Positions 36,566 to 46,034 of a stretch of DNA of 64,000 bases are shown piece after piece. Numbering within the stretch: the stretch's first letter is position 1; each line of letters starts with the position of its first letter. Source of the DNA: a candidate division FCPU426 bacterium (lineage in GTDB: Bacteria; Oederibacteriota; JAAXVQ01; JAUVAV01); the NCBI GenBank assembly GCA_040756875.1, contig JBFLYH010000002.1, forward strand, positions 831,078 to 895,077. The letters are read 5' to 3'. Position numbers and translations under genes: made by a program. The notes under the pieces are model-generated. The model was not told the origin of the DNA. It did not search any database and was given only the letters and a program-made list of their open reading frames with translations.

Positions 36566-37959
36566 CCAAAATACTGGTATTGGACGACGAAGTCCTGGTT
36601 TTGGAAACCATCACCGGCATCCTGCAGGGCGAAGGCTACACAGTGGAATCGAGCCGGCAGACGGAAGGGGTCCTGCAACGCATCGCCGACTTTAATCCCG
36701 ATCTGGTCACTTTGGATCTTCGCTTTGGCGACGATGAAATGGCGGGCGTCAAAGTGATCCAGCAGATCCGGGGGAAGTATTCGCGGGAGCAGCTTCCCAT
36801 CATTGTGATCAGCGGCCGCGGAGACGCCGTGAAGCTTAAGCAGCTTCTCAAACAGGGGTTGGATGACTACATCTACAAACCGTTCAAATCGGAAGAGTTG
36901 CTGGAAAAAGTTCAAACCAGCTTGGCCAGACGCCAGCCCAGCCGTGAAAACGGGCGCGAGCGGATTGACACCGAGATGATCGGCGGTCAAGCGATCATGG
37001 ACCTGATGCTCAAACTGGAGCGCCGGGCGAAAGCGCAATTGGACACTCTGATTTTGGGGGAAAACGGAACCGGCAAGGACATGTTTGCGAAACTGTATCA
37101 CCAACTCAGCCCGAGGCAGGACCAGCCGTTTTACCACATCAACTGTCCGGCCATCCCGCCCACTTTATTCGAGGCGGAAATCTTCGGCCGGGAAAAGGGG
37201 GCCTATTCCGGCGCCGTGTTCAGCCGCGGAAAAATCGAAGAGGCGGCCGGGGGCATCGCCTTTTTCAATGAGATTGGGGAACTGAATCTGGACGTGCAGG
37301 CCAAATTGCTGCATTTGTTCGACACGGAAAAGAAGACTTTTTGCCGCGTGGGCGGCAATCAACCGATTGAACTGGATGTCATCGTCATTGCGGCCACCAA
37401 CCGCAATCTGGAGCAAATGGTCAAGGAGGGTCGCTTTCGGCAGGATTTGTTTTATCGCCTTAAAACCGAACCCATCGTGCTTCCTCCGCTCAGGCAGCGG
37501 CGCGAAGACATACCCCTGCTGATCGATTACTTCATCAAAAAATACAACCAGCGCTTCAGAAAAAACATACAGCCTGCCGCACCCTCCTTGGCGGCACGAA
37601 TTTCGAAACTGGAGCTGTCCGGAAACGTCAGGGAACTGGAGAAAGGGCTGGAAGTGGCAGTGGGCAATTGCCGCGGCAATAATTTGGCCTGGGAGGATTT
37701 TGCCGATTTTTTTCCATCCCACCCCGATACGCTGCCACAACCGGGCGGCGAGAAAAGCATTTACGAATTGGACTATCTGGCCATGCGCGAGTATGTCAAA
37801 GGCAAGACCGAAGAGTTGGAGAAGGATTACCTCCAATACCATTTGGCTCAAAACGGGTTTAATCCCACCCAAACTGCCGTGAAGCTGAACATGAAAAACA
37901 CCAAGTACATTTACGAGCGTATGCGTTTGCTCAACATTAAGTTGAATGAGTATAACTGA
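36562..37959 (+). CDS. NtrC-family sigma54-dependent response regulator (REC-AAA+-HTH)
   Basis: ILVLDDE/LVTLD receiver; GENGTGKD; GAYSGA; AATNRNL; FRQDLFYRL; GNVREL. Confidence 0.93.
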   Translation: MTKILVLDDEVLVLETITGILQGEGYTVESSRQTEGVLQRIADFNPDLVTLDLRFGDDEMAGVKVIQQIRGKYSREQLPIIVISGRGDAVKLKQLLKQGLDDYIYKPFKSEELLEKVQTSLARRQPSRENGRERIDTEMIGGQAIMDLMLKLERRAKAQLDTLILGENGTGKDMFAKLYHQLSPRQDQPFYHINCPAIPPTLFEAEIFGREKGAYSGAVFSRGKIEEAAGGIAFFNEIGELNLDVQAKLLHLFDTEKKTFCRVGGNQPIELDVIVIAATNRNLEQMVKEGRFRQDLFYRLKTEPIVLPPLRQRREDIPLLIDYFIKKYNQRFRKNIQPAAPSLAARISKLELSGNVRELEKGLEVAVGNCRGNNLAWEDFADFFPSHPDTLPQPGGEKSIYELDYLAMREYVKGKTEELEKDYLQYHLAQNGFNPTQTAVKLNMKNTKYIYERMRLLNIKLNEYN

Positions 37960-38227
37960 CTATAAAGATATTGAAGTAGTAAGGCATATCCGTACCGAAG
38001 TCAGGCCTCCCCTTACTTGATTCCCCTATTTCCTAGCAGTCGGCAGACCATGGGAGATCCCGGCGCCGGAGGCGCATCTTGAGTGGCAGTGGGTATGTTT
38101 TATGGGAAAGAAAAAACAGGACAAAACCTAAGCAAATAAAACGTTTTTGCAACCATCGCGAACGTTAGTTTCCCTGGCCTCCTTGGTGGCTTTTTTTGGC
38201 AAGCATACCAGAGGAAGGAATAAAACC

Positions 38228-38243
38228 TGGCACGGTTTCTGCT
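38228..38243 (+). promoter_or_regulatory. sigma54 -24/-12 promoter upstream of the ECF sigma gene
   Basis: TGGCACGGTTTCTGCT: GG and GC separated by 10 bp; near-consensus TGGCACG-N4-TTGCW; directly downstream of a sigma54 activator gene. Confidence 0.75.
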
Positions 38244-38291
38244 CTAACATAATAGCGGGCAAAAGCAGCTTTACCACGCCAGGGGGGAAGA

Positions 38292-38867
38292 ATGAAAAAC
38301 CTTGAACCGCTGAACGACGAAAAATTACTGCTCATGCTTCGCCGGGGATCAAAGGATGCCGGAGAAGTTATTTTTAAACGGTATTACCCGGCGGTGCTGG
38401 GGCTGAGCCGGAAATACCTGTGTTGCCAACATGACGCCGAAGACATTGCCCAGGAAGTTTTCTTACGCGCCTTGGCCATGGATAAAATAAGGAAGTTCAG
38501 GGGAGAAAGCAGCCTACGTACCTGGCTTTTTAGGATCGCCATCAATTTGTGCTATTCCAAGCACCGTAAACACCGGGAAAAGTTGCTGCTCAACGACGAA
38601 AAGCATCCGGAACCGGTTATTCCCTCGGGAGGCCCTGACCCCGAGGAAGAGGCCATGCGCCTGGAAGCGAAGCATCAACTGCGGGTGGCGCTGTGGAAGC
38701 TTCCGAAAAAGTATCAAACCGTGATCGCGCTTTTTTATCAGGACCAACGGACGTACAGCGACATCGCGAAAACCCTTCGGCAGTCCGTGGGAAGTATCGG
38801 CGTGTGCTTGAAACGCGGCCGGGCCATCTTGAACCGGCGATTGGCCTACCGGGGCGTATGGGTTTAA
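38292..38867 (+). CDS. ECF-family RNA polymerase sigma-70 factor
   Basis: DAEDIAQEVFL; FRGESSLRTWLFRIAIN region 2; region 4 LPKKYQTVIAL…TYSDIA. Confidence 0.92.
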   Translation: MKNLEPLNDEKLLLMLRRGSKDAGEVIFKRYYPAVLGLSRKYLCCQHDAEDIAQEVFLRALAMDKIRKFRGESSLRTWLFRIAINLCYSKHRKHREKLLLNDEKHPEPVIPSGGPDPEEEAMRLEAKHQLRVALWKLPKKYQTVIALFYQDQRTYSDIAKTLRQSVGSIGVCLKRGRAILNRRLAYRGVWV

Positions 38868-38883
38868 AATTCCTCAATAATGA

Positions 38884-38912
38884 TTGACGCGGCCTTTTTC
38901 AGCCCCTAAAAT
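38884..38912 (+). promoter_or_regulatory. sigma70-type promoter for the 38993 lipoprotein
   Basis: TTGACG-17 bp-TAAAAT. Confidence 0.55.
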
Positions 38913-38992
38913 ACTGCCCCAATGCAGGTCATTCGTTTCCCCGGCAAACCGGAGTCCTTCCGGCAGGGGCAAACTAAAACGGAGGAAAAGGA

Positions 38993-39538
38993 ATGGAAAG
39001 CAGGCAGTGGGTAGTAGGCACGATGGCCGTATTGGGTTTGTTGGTTGCAGCCGGATGCGCGCAACCGCCGGAGCAGGAAAAGGGCGCCGCGCAGACAGCC
39101 ATGCAGGCCGCACTCCAAGGCGGGGCCGAAACCTATGCGATGGCGGCTTGGAATGAAGCCAAGACCAAATGGGACGCCGCCGAGCAGCAGATGCAGCAGA
39201 AAGTGTATGCCCAAGCGAAAGTGGCGTACTTGGAAGCCAAAGCCGCTTTTGATTCATCTCTGGGCCAGGTCGAAGCCGGCAAGCAGAGCATGATAGCCGC
39301 CAACCAAACGGCATTGGCCGAGATGGAAAAGAGTTGGAGTGAAGCCACGGCGTTGTCTAAAAAAGCCATGAAAAAAATGTCGGTTGAATTAAAACAAGCC
39401 TGGACCGCGGAATCCAAAATGGTGGATGACGCGTTGAAAACGGCCAAGGACAACCTGGCGGCTCCGGCCGAAATTAAGCAAAAATTGGATGAAGTCAAAG
39501 CGTTGGTCGATAAATGGCTGGGTGAATTAAAAAAGTAA
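38993..39538 (+). CDS. Alpha-helical lipoprotein (DUF4398-like)
   Basis: Lipobox VAAG-C; Ala/Lys/Glu-rich helices, GAETYA motif; GGAGG RBS. Confidence 0.75.
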   Translation: MESRQWVVGTMAVLGLLVAAGCAQPPEQEKGAAQTAMQAALQGGAETYAMAAWNEAKTKWDAAEQQMQQKVYAQAKVAYLEAKAAFDSSLGQVEAGKQSMIAANQTALAEMEKSWSEATALSKKAMKKMSVELKQAWTAESKMVDDALKTAKDNLAAPAEIKQKLDEVKALVDKWLGELKK

Positions 39539-39556
39539 TCCTTTCCTGGTTTTCCG

Positions 39557-39590
39557 AACGCCCCGGGACGCTGTCCCGGGGCGTTTTTAT
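39557..39590 (+). terminator. Rho-independent terminator
   Basis: 13-bp perfect stem AACGCCCCGGGAC/GTCCCGGGGCGTT with 3-nt loop, followed by T-rich tract. Confidence 0.85.
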
Positions 39591-39901
39591 TTATAAACGT
39601 ATATAATAAAAGAAGCCTGCTTTTCCGGTTCGTCTTATCCGCAGTCGTCCCCAGTCGACAGCTCGTTTGGGAATTTGGTCTGGAGGCATAAAAAAGTCTT
39701 TCAATTCCTCCCGGGCGTTATATAGTAAAGCCGGGCGAAGGCCTGCGGCGCAGGGCAAACCGCCGCGGACCCGAGGCGGCTTTCGGCCAAAGAAACCCTG
39801 GACGCGTTCGTTCATCCCATCAAAAAGGAGTGCCTTCGCCGGGGTGATCTGGCGAGCGCATTTCCAATCCAAGCAACAGCCGTTTGCCAGGAGGAACCGA
39901 C

Positions 39902-40948
39902 ATGAAAAAAAACAATCTGGTTTTAACGGTACTAGTGCTGGGCATGCTGGTTTTTCTTTCGGTGGGATGCGGACCCGGGCAAAAAACGGGGCAAAGCCAG
40001 GTCCTTTATCATTGCACCATGCACCCTCAAATCATCCGGGACCATCCCGGGAAATGTCCGATCTGTGGCATGGATTTAGTTCCATTCACACCTCCGGCCA
40101 CCCCCGAAGCGACGAAGCCCGGCCTTTCGTCCGAAGGAAGCGCGATGACCATGCCGCAACAGGACCAGGCGGTCGAGGTGGATGTCCGCCGCCAGCAGCT
40201 CATCGGCGTCAAGACGGTCGTAGCTACGCGGCGAACGCTGGAAAAGACCCTGAGGGTGCAGGGAGAAGTGGCGCACGATCCGGAGATGTACCAGGCCCAG
40301 GCCGAATATCTCCGCGGCCTGGCAGCCGGTGGCGAAGGGGGGTTGCAGAGCGCCAGCCGTTTGAAACTGGAGCACATGGGCATGAGTCCTGATTTGATCC
40401 GCCGCCTGGAACGGCGCGGGCGGCCGCAGCGCAACCTGTTCGTCCGGGACCAGGACCCGGTATTTTGGATCTATGTTTATTTCTACGAGGCCGACCTGCC
40501 GTTTCTTTCGCTAGGGCAGCCGGTTGCCGTCCGGGTGCCCAGGCTGGGCGGACAACATGACGGCGTTTTGAGGGGTTTGCAGCCGTACGTGGAGCCGGCC
40601 GCCCGCACAATCCGGGGCATTGTGGAAGTGCGCGATCCTGAATTGCGGTTGTATGCCGGCTTGTATGCGGATGCCGAGGTTCGCCTGACGCTGCCCGAAG
40701 CAGTGGTCATCCCAGCCTCGGCCGTGCTCGATTCCGGCACCCGGCAGGTCGTGTTTGAGCTGACCGGGCCGGGCCGGTTTGAACCGCGGGAAGTGCAGAT
40801 CGGCGCCGTGGCGGGCGAATTCGCCCAGGTGCTAACCGGAGTGGAAGCCGGCGCCAGCGTGGTGACGGACGGGAACTTCATGCTCGACGCCGAAAGCCGC
40901 CTGCAGTCGGTGGTGAAAGAGACGGCTCCGGCCGGCCACCAGCACTAG
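39902..40948 (+). CDS. cusB: CusB-like RND periplasmic adaptor with heavy-metal-binding domain
   Basis: Lipobox SVG-C; YHCTMHP…CPICGMDL; IPASAVLDSG…VVTDGNFMLDAES. Confidence 0.85.
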   Translation: MKKNNLVLTVLVLGMLVFLSVGCGPGQKTGQSQVLYHCTMHPQIIRDHPGKCPICGMDLVPFTPPATPEATKPGLSSEGSAMTMPQQDQAVEVDVRRQQLIGVKTVVATRRTLEKTLRVQGEVAHDPEMYQAQAEYLRGLAAGGEGGLQSASRLKLEHMGMSPDLIRRLERRGRPQRNLFVRDQDPVFWIYVYFYEADLPFLSLGQPVAVRVPRLGGQHDGVLRGLQPYVEPAARTIRGIVEVRDPELRLYAGLYADAEVRLTLPEAVVIPASAVLDSGTRQVVFELTGPGRFEPREVQIGAVAGEFAQVLTGVEAGASVVTDGNFMLDAESRLQSVVKETAPAGHQH

Positions 40949-41023
40949 CGGACCCGCTCGCGGCGCCTTCCCGGACGGTCCGGATCGGCGCCGGAATCTT
41001 TGCTGCCAGGGAGAGTCGTGCCT

Positions 41024-44000
41024 ATGCTGTCCAAGTTAATCGCCTGGTCCATCCGCAACCGCATCCTGGTCACCCTGCTGACGATCCTGGTCATCGGCTG
41101 GGGGGCTTATGCCCTGGTAAAAACACCGGTGGACGCCATCCCGGATTTATCCGACGTGCAAGTCATCCTCTACACCCAGTATCCCGGGCAATCACCCCGC
41201 GTCGTGGAAGACCAGATCACCTATCCCCTGACCACGGCCATGGTCTCAGTGCCGGGTGCCCAGGCCGTACGGGGGTATTCTTTCTTTGGCTACTCGCTGG
41301 TCTACATTATTTTTAAGGACGGCACGGATCTGTATTGGGCCCGGAGCCGCGTCCTGGAGTACATCAATTACGCCCAGCAGCGCCTGCCTGCCGGCGTGCT
41401 GCCGATCCTGGGGCCGGACGCCTCGGGGGTGGGCTGGGTGTACCAGTATGCGCTGGTCTCGGACCAACGCCCCCTGCATGAGCTGCGCTCGCTGCAGGAT
41501 TGGTATTTGAAATACGAACTGGCGAGCGTTCCCGGCGTGGCCGAAGCCGCCAGCCTCGGCGGCTTCGTCAAACAGTACCAAGTGACCGTCGATCCCAGCC
41601 GCCTGCAGGCGCTGGGCCTCACGCTGGGAGACGTGGAGGCGGCCATCAAAGCCGGCAACCAGGACACGGGCGGCGAAGTGGTGGTGCTGGGCGAGCGCGA
41701 GTACATGATCCGGGGGCTGGGATACCTCAAATCCATCGGCGATTTGGAGCAATTGCCGGTGGCCTGGCGCCCCAACCAGCAGGGCGGCACCCTGCCGGTG
41801 TATCTCAAGGACGTGGCAGACATCCGGCTCGGGCCGGAAATGCGCCGCGGCGTGGCCGAACTCGACGGCCAGGGCGAAACCGTGGGCGGGATCGTGGTCA
41901 TGCGGTTCGGCGAAAACGCCCGGGACGTCATCCGCCGCGTGAAGCGCAAGCTGGAAGAGCTCAAGGCCGGGCTGCCGGCGGACGTGCGGATCGTGCCGGT
42001 GTATGACCGGTCCCGGCTGATCACGCGGGCCATCGACAATCTGCGTGGCAAGCTCTTCGAGGAAATGCTGATCGTGGCCCTGGTCTGCCTGATGTTTCTG
42101 TTTCACGCCCGGAGCGCGCTGGTGGCGGTGTTCACGCTGCCGACGGCCATCCTGATGTCTTTCATCGTCATGCGCAGCCAGGGCATCAATGCCAACATCA
42201 TGTCCCTGGGCGGGATCGCCATTGCCATCGGCGCCATGGTCGACGCCGCCATCGTCATGATCGAGAACGCCCACAAACACCTGGAACGGGAAGAGGCGCT
42301 GCCGGCCCGGCGGCGCCGGCCGCACTGGCAGGTCATCCTGGAGGCTTCGCAGGAGGTGGGGCCGGCCCTGTTCTGGTCCCTGCTGGTGATTACCGTCTCG
42401 TTCGCGCCCATTTTCGCGCTGGAGGCGCAGGAAGGGAGATTGTTCCGGCCGCTGGCGTTCACCAAGACTTACGCCATGGCGGCCGCGGCGCTTTTGGCCG
42501 TGACCATCGTGCCCGTGCTGATGGGGTTCTTCATCCGCGGGCGCGTTCCGTCCGAAGCCAGCAATCCCGTGAACCGCTGGCTGTTGCAGCGCTACCACCC
42601 GCTGGTGCAGTGGGTCCTGCGCCATGCCCGGGGCGTGCTGCTGGCCGCCGCGGGGGTCGTGGCTTTGGGCGCGGTGCCGCTGCTGCGCCTGGGCACGGAA
42701 TTCATGCCGCCCCTCTTCGAAGGCGACCTCCTGTATATGCCTACCACCCTGCCCGGATTGTCCATTGCCGCGGCCCGCGACTTGCTGCAGCGGACCGACC
42801 GCCTGATACGCTCTTTTCCCGAAGTGGAGCGCGTGTTCGGTAAAATCGGGCGGGCCGAAACCGCCACCGACCCCGCCGGGCTGGACATGATCGAGACCAC
42901 GATCCAGCTCAAGCCCCGCAAGGCCTGGCGCCGCGGCCTGACGGAAGCGAAGCTGATCGCGGAGCTGGACCGCACGGTGAAGCTGCCGGGGCTGACCAAC
43001 GCCTGGACCATGCCGATCAAGGCGCGCACGGACATGCTGGCCACGGGGATCAAAACGCCGGTGGGAATCAAGCTGTCAGGGCCGGACCTGGGCGAATTGC
43101 AGCGCCTGGGGACCCAGATCGAGGCGGTTCTGCGCCGCGTGCCGGGAACGGGATCGGCCTTTGCCGAGCGGGCCATGGGGGGATATTATCTGGACATCGC
43201 CATCGACCGGCCGGCCGCGGCCCGCTACGGCGTCAATGTGGAGGACCTGAACCGGGTGATTCAAATGGCCCTGGGCGGCATGAACGTCACCACCACGGTG
43301 GAAGGGCTGGAACGGTATCCGGTCAACGTGCGCTACAGCCGTGAATTGCGGGACAGCGTGGAATCCATCCGGCGCGTGCTGGTGGCCACGCGGACCGGCG
43401 GGCAAGTGCCCTTGGCGCAAGTGGCGGACATCAAGCTGTCGCCCGGGCCCATGGTCATCCGCACTGAAAACTCACGGCCGAACGCCTGGGTCTTCGTGGA
43501 CGTGCGGGGCGTGGATCTGGGGACGTACATCCACCGCGCTCAGACGGCCATCGGGAAAGCGCTGCGACTGCCGGAGGGGTACACCCTGACTTGGAGCGGC
43601 GAATTCGAATACCTGCAGCGGCTGCACCGCCGGCTGCTGCTGGTGGTTCCCCTGACGCTCTTCATCATCGTGCTGATCCTATATCTCAACACCCGCTCCC
43701 TGGCCAAGACCGCCATCGTACTGCTGGCCGTGCCGTTTTCCCTGGTCGGCGCCCTGTGGTTTGTCTACGCGTTGGGATACAATTTAAGCCTGGCGGTCTG
43801 GGTGGGCCTGATTGCGCTCGCCGGCCTGGACGCGGAAACCGGCGTGGTGATGCTGTTGTATCTGGACCACGCTTACGAGGCGGCGCGCAGCCGCGGCCGT
43901 ATGAACGGGCTTTCCGATTTGCGCGTTGCGATCGACCAGGGGGCGGTCCAGCGTGTGCGCCCCAAAGTCATGACCGCGGCCGTCATCATTGCAGGCTTGC

Positions 44001-44185
44001 TGCCGATTTTCTGGGGCGCGGAGGCCGGGTCGGACCTGATGCGGCGGATTGCGGCTCCCATGATGGGCGGGGTGGTGACCTCGGTGCTGATGGAGCTGGC
44101 CGTGTATCCGGCGATTTATTATTATTGGCGCGGGTGGCGCTGGCTGCGGCCCGGACGCCGCGCGGAAAAACCCTTGCCAGCATAG
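41024..44185 (+). CDS. cusA: CusA/CzcA-family heavy-metal RND efflux pump
   Basis: DAIPDLSDVQV; NIMSLGGIAIAIGAMVDAAIVMIEN; EFMPPLFEGDLLYMP; DMLATGIKTPVGIK; RVRPKVMT. Confidence 0.95.
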   Translation: MLSKLIAWSIRNRILVTLLTILVIGWGAYALVKTPVDAIPDLSDVQVILYTQYPGQSPRVVEDQITYPLTTAMVSVPGAQAVRGYSFFGYSLVYIIFKDGTDLYWARSRVLEYINYAQQRLPAGVLPILGPDASGVGWVYQYALVSDQRPLHELRSLQDWYLKYELASVPGVAEAASLGGFVKQYQVTVDPSRLQALGLTLGDVEAAIKAGNQDTGGEVVVLGEREYMIRGLGYLKSIGDLEQLPVAWRPNQQGGTLPVYLKDVADIRLGPEMRRGVAELDGQGETVGGIVVMRFGENARDVIRRVKRKLEELKAGLPADVRIVPVYDRSRLITRAIDNLRGKLFEEMLIVALVCLMFLFHARSALVAVFTLPTAILMSFIVMRSQGINANIMSLGGIAIAIGAMVDAAIVMIENAHKHLEREEALPARRRRPHWQVILEASQEVGPALFWSLLVITVSFAPIFALEAQEGRLFRPLAFTKTYAMAAAALLAVTIVPVLMGFFIRGRVPSEASNPVNRWLLQRYHPLVQWVLRHARGVLLAAAGVVALGAVPLLRLGTEFMPPLFEGDLLYMPTTLPGLSIAAARDLLQRTDRLIRSFPEVERVFGKIGRAETATDPAGLDMIETTIQLKPRKAWRRGLTEAKLIAELDRTVKLPGLTNAWTMPIKARTDMLATGIKTPVGIKLSGPDLGELQRLGTQIEAVLRRVPGTGSAFAERAMGGYYLDIAIDRPAAARYGVNVEDLNRVIQMALGGMNVTTTVEGLERYPVNVRYSRELRDSVESIRRVLVATRTGGQVPLAQVADIKLSPGPMVIRTENSRPNAWVFVDVRGVDLGTYIHRAQTAIGKALRLPEGYTLTWSGEFEYLQRLHRRLLLVVPLTLFIIVLILYLNTRSLAKTAIVLLAVPFSLVGALWFVYALGYNLSLAVWVGLIALAGLDAETGVVMLLYLDHAYEAARSRGRMNGLSDLRVAIDQGAVQRVRPKVMTAAVIIAGLLPIFWGAEAGSDLMRRIAAPMMGGVVTSVLMELAVYPAIYYYWRGWRWLRPGRRAEKPLPA

Positions 44186-44233
44186 GATCTTTTTTAGAAA
44201 ATAGGAACAACGACAACGGCAGGGAGCGGCGAC

Positions 44234-45094
44234 ATGGCCAACGAACGGATCGCGATTGTCACGGACAGCACCAGCGACTTGGGCGACGCGGTGATAAAAG
44301 GCCAGGATATTTTCCGTGTGCCGCTGCGGATCTATTTCGGCTCCGAGGAGTTCTTGGACCGCGAAAACATGACGCCGGACCAGTTTTACCGGCGTCTGCA
44401 AACCGACAAGCAATTCCCGCGCACCCAGCCGCCTAATTCCAAAAACTTTTTGGAGCTGTTCCAGCAGCTCAGCGACGGGGGATTCACGCACATCCTCTGC
44501 CTTTTCATCTCCAGCCAGCTTTCCAAAACCATGGAAAACGCTCAATTTTCGGCCAACATGGTGACGCGAGTTAAAATCAAACTGGTGGATTCCAAGACCG
44601 CCAGCCTGGGGCTGGGGTTCCTGTGCTTGTACGCCCGGTCGCTGGTCCGCCAGAATCTGAGCTTCGACGCCATAGTGGACAAAGTGGAACAGCTGGTGCC
44701 CAAGACTCTGGCGGTCTTTTCAGTCGACAATCTGGATACGCTCGAACGGGGCGGGCGCATCAGCAAAGCCAAGGCCTTTTTCGGCAAGATGCTCGGCGTC
44801 CGTCCCATTCTGGCGGTCCAGAACGGGACGGGTGTGATTGAGCCCGTCACCACGGTTAAATCCACCGAGGCTGCCCATGACTTCATGGCCAAGCTGGCGA
44901 TCGAGCATTATCAGCACCACGGCCTGGCTTACGGCATAGGGGTCATGCACACCGAAGTCGTGGAAAATTGCCAGGCGTTGAAGCAGAAAGTGGCGGCTTT
45001 GGGATCGAACTTGGGGACGATCAGCGATGGCCGCATCGGAGGGGTGGTAGGCTGCCACCTGGGCCCCACGGGCTGGGGCGTCGTCGTCTGTTAG
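44234..45094 (+). CDS. DegV-family fatty-acid-binding protein
   Basis: IAIVTDSTSDL; ISSQLSKT; VDSKTASLGLG; LERGGRISK; VGCHLGP. Confidence 0.93.
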   Translation: MANERIAIVTDSTSDLGDAVIKGQDIFRVPLRIYFGSEEFLDRENMTPDQFYRRLQTDKQFPRTQPPNSKNFLELFQQLSDGGFTHILCLFISSQLSKTMENAQFSANMVTRVKIKLVDSKTASLGLGFLCLYARSLVRQNLSFDAIVDKVEQLVPKTLAVFSVDNLDTLERGGRISKAKAFFGKMLGVRPILAVQNGTGVIEPVTTVKSTEAAHDFMAKLAIEHYQHHGLAYGIGVMHTEVVENCQALKQKVAALGSNLGTISDGRIGGVVGCHLGPTGWGVVVC

Positions 45095-45834
45095 ACGACG
45101 GGCAAAAACTGCGTTACGAAGCTCGCCGTCCAATGGCACGCCATGGCCGCTTCCAGGCCGCGGCGCCAGTAACACCATCCAAACAACAATCCTTGCAAGA
45201 CCGTTTGGGCCGCGAACCAGGCCGCAGGGCCGTTCCCGGCCGCGCCTCCCCGCAGGTGGGCGAATCCGGAAGCCAGGCTCACCACGGCGATAATGAGCCA
45301 GGCACTCCAGGCCGGAAGCCAAGCCCCGGCCCGTACGCGCAATAAGGCGGCCAGCAGCCACATTCCCAAGGTAACCAGCAGCCAGCGCATCCAGAGTTCT
45401 TCGCCGATCCCGGCGTAAAAACTGGCCAGCAACCGGTCCACCCACGCCTGGCCGGCTCCGGCCTGCAGGTTGACGCGCACCAGGAGCGCAAGGAGCTGCA
45501 GCAGCGTTCCGGCCAGCAGTCCCCAGACCGCGGGGAAAACCAGGGAGGATTTCAGTCGGTGGGCCACCGGCTGGCCGGAGAACCAGGCTTCAAGCAGCGG
45601 CGCGCCCAAACCTACGGCCGGTGCGAGGCGCGCCCCCAGCCAAACAGCCAGGCCCAGCAGGAGCACGGTTTGGGCATATTGCCCGGCGAAGAACCAGGCC
45701 AGGGGAATGGCGGACCCCGCCCGGGCGTGGGCTGAAGCCGCGATGGCCGGGAAGACAGCCAGCAGAGACAAGCTGCCTGCCGCCCACAGCGTGAAGAGCA
45801 CTTTCCAATTCATGCGCGCCAACGCGGGAGTCAT
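45091..45834 (-). CDS. CPBP (CAAX protease/Abi) family intramembrane metalloprotease
   Basis: Multi-TM; GIGEELWMR, GFAH and GLEAAMACH motifs; start uncertain (45834 or 45813). Confidence 0.8.
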   Translation of the reverse strand: MTPALARMNWKVLFTLWAAGSLSLLAVFPAIAASAHARAGSAIPLAWFFAGQYAQTVLLLGLAVWLGARLAPAVGLGAPLLEAWFSGQPVAHRLKSSLVFPAVWGLLAGTLLQLLALLVRVNLQAGAGQAWVDRLLASFYAGIGEELWMRWLLVTLGMWLLAALLRVRAGAWLPAWSAWLIIAVVSLASGFAHLRGGAAGNGPAAWFAAQTVLQGLLFGWCYWRRGLEAAMACHWTASFVTQFLPVV

Positions 45835-45929
45835 GACAGGAATAATAAGGGAAATGACCTTCCGGCGCAATAAATATGAGCAGGTGGATGAAAAGTCCGC
45901 ATCGCAGTCTTTTTCGCTCGCGGCGCGTT

Positions 45930-46008
45930 GAATACCTCTTGAAAAATCAGAGGTTTTTCAAGGGGTAATAGGGTGCTAGCGGAATATATTCGAGTTTTTC
46001 AGCACCCT
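45930..46008 (-). repeat. 79-bp two-hairpin dispersed repeat, copy 1
   Basis: Reverse complement matches 61316-61394 at 63/79 positions by manual ungapped alignment. Confidence 0.8.
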
Positions 46009-46034
46009 ATTAGGTACAATAAAACGGTTGCCAT

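Noticed and set aside
38942-38975. GGCAAACC-hairpin-GGCAAA resembling a c-di-GMP-I riboswitch
   Set aside because: No GNRA tetraloop on the stem and no room for the P3 receptor stem before the RBS
39751-39800. CAGGGCAAACC motif upstream of cusB, also c-di-GMP-I-like
   Set aside because: Lacks the GAAA-capped stem and the downstream GACGCAAAG element
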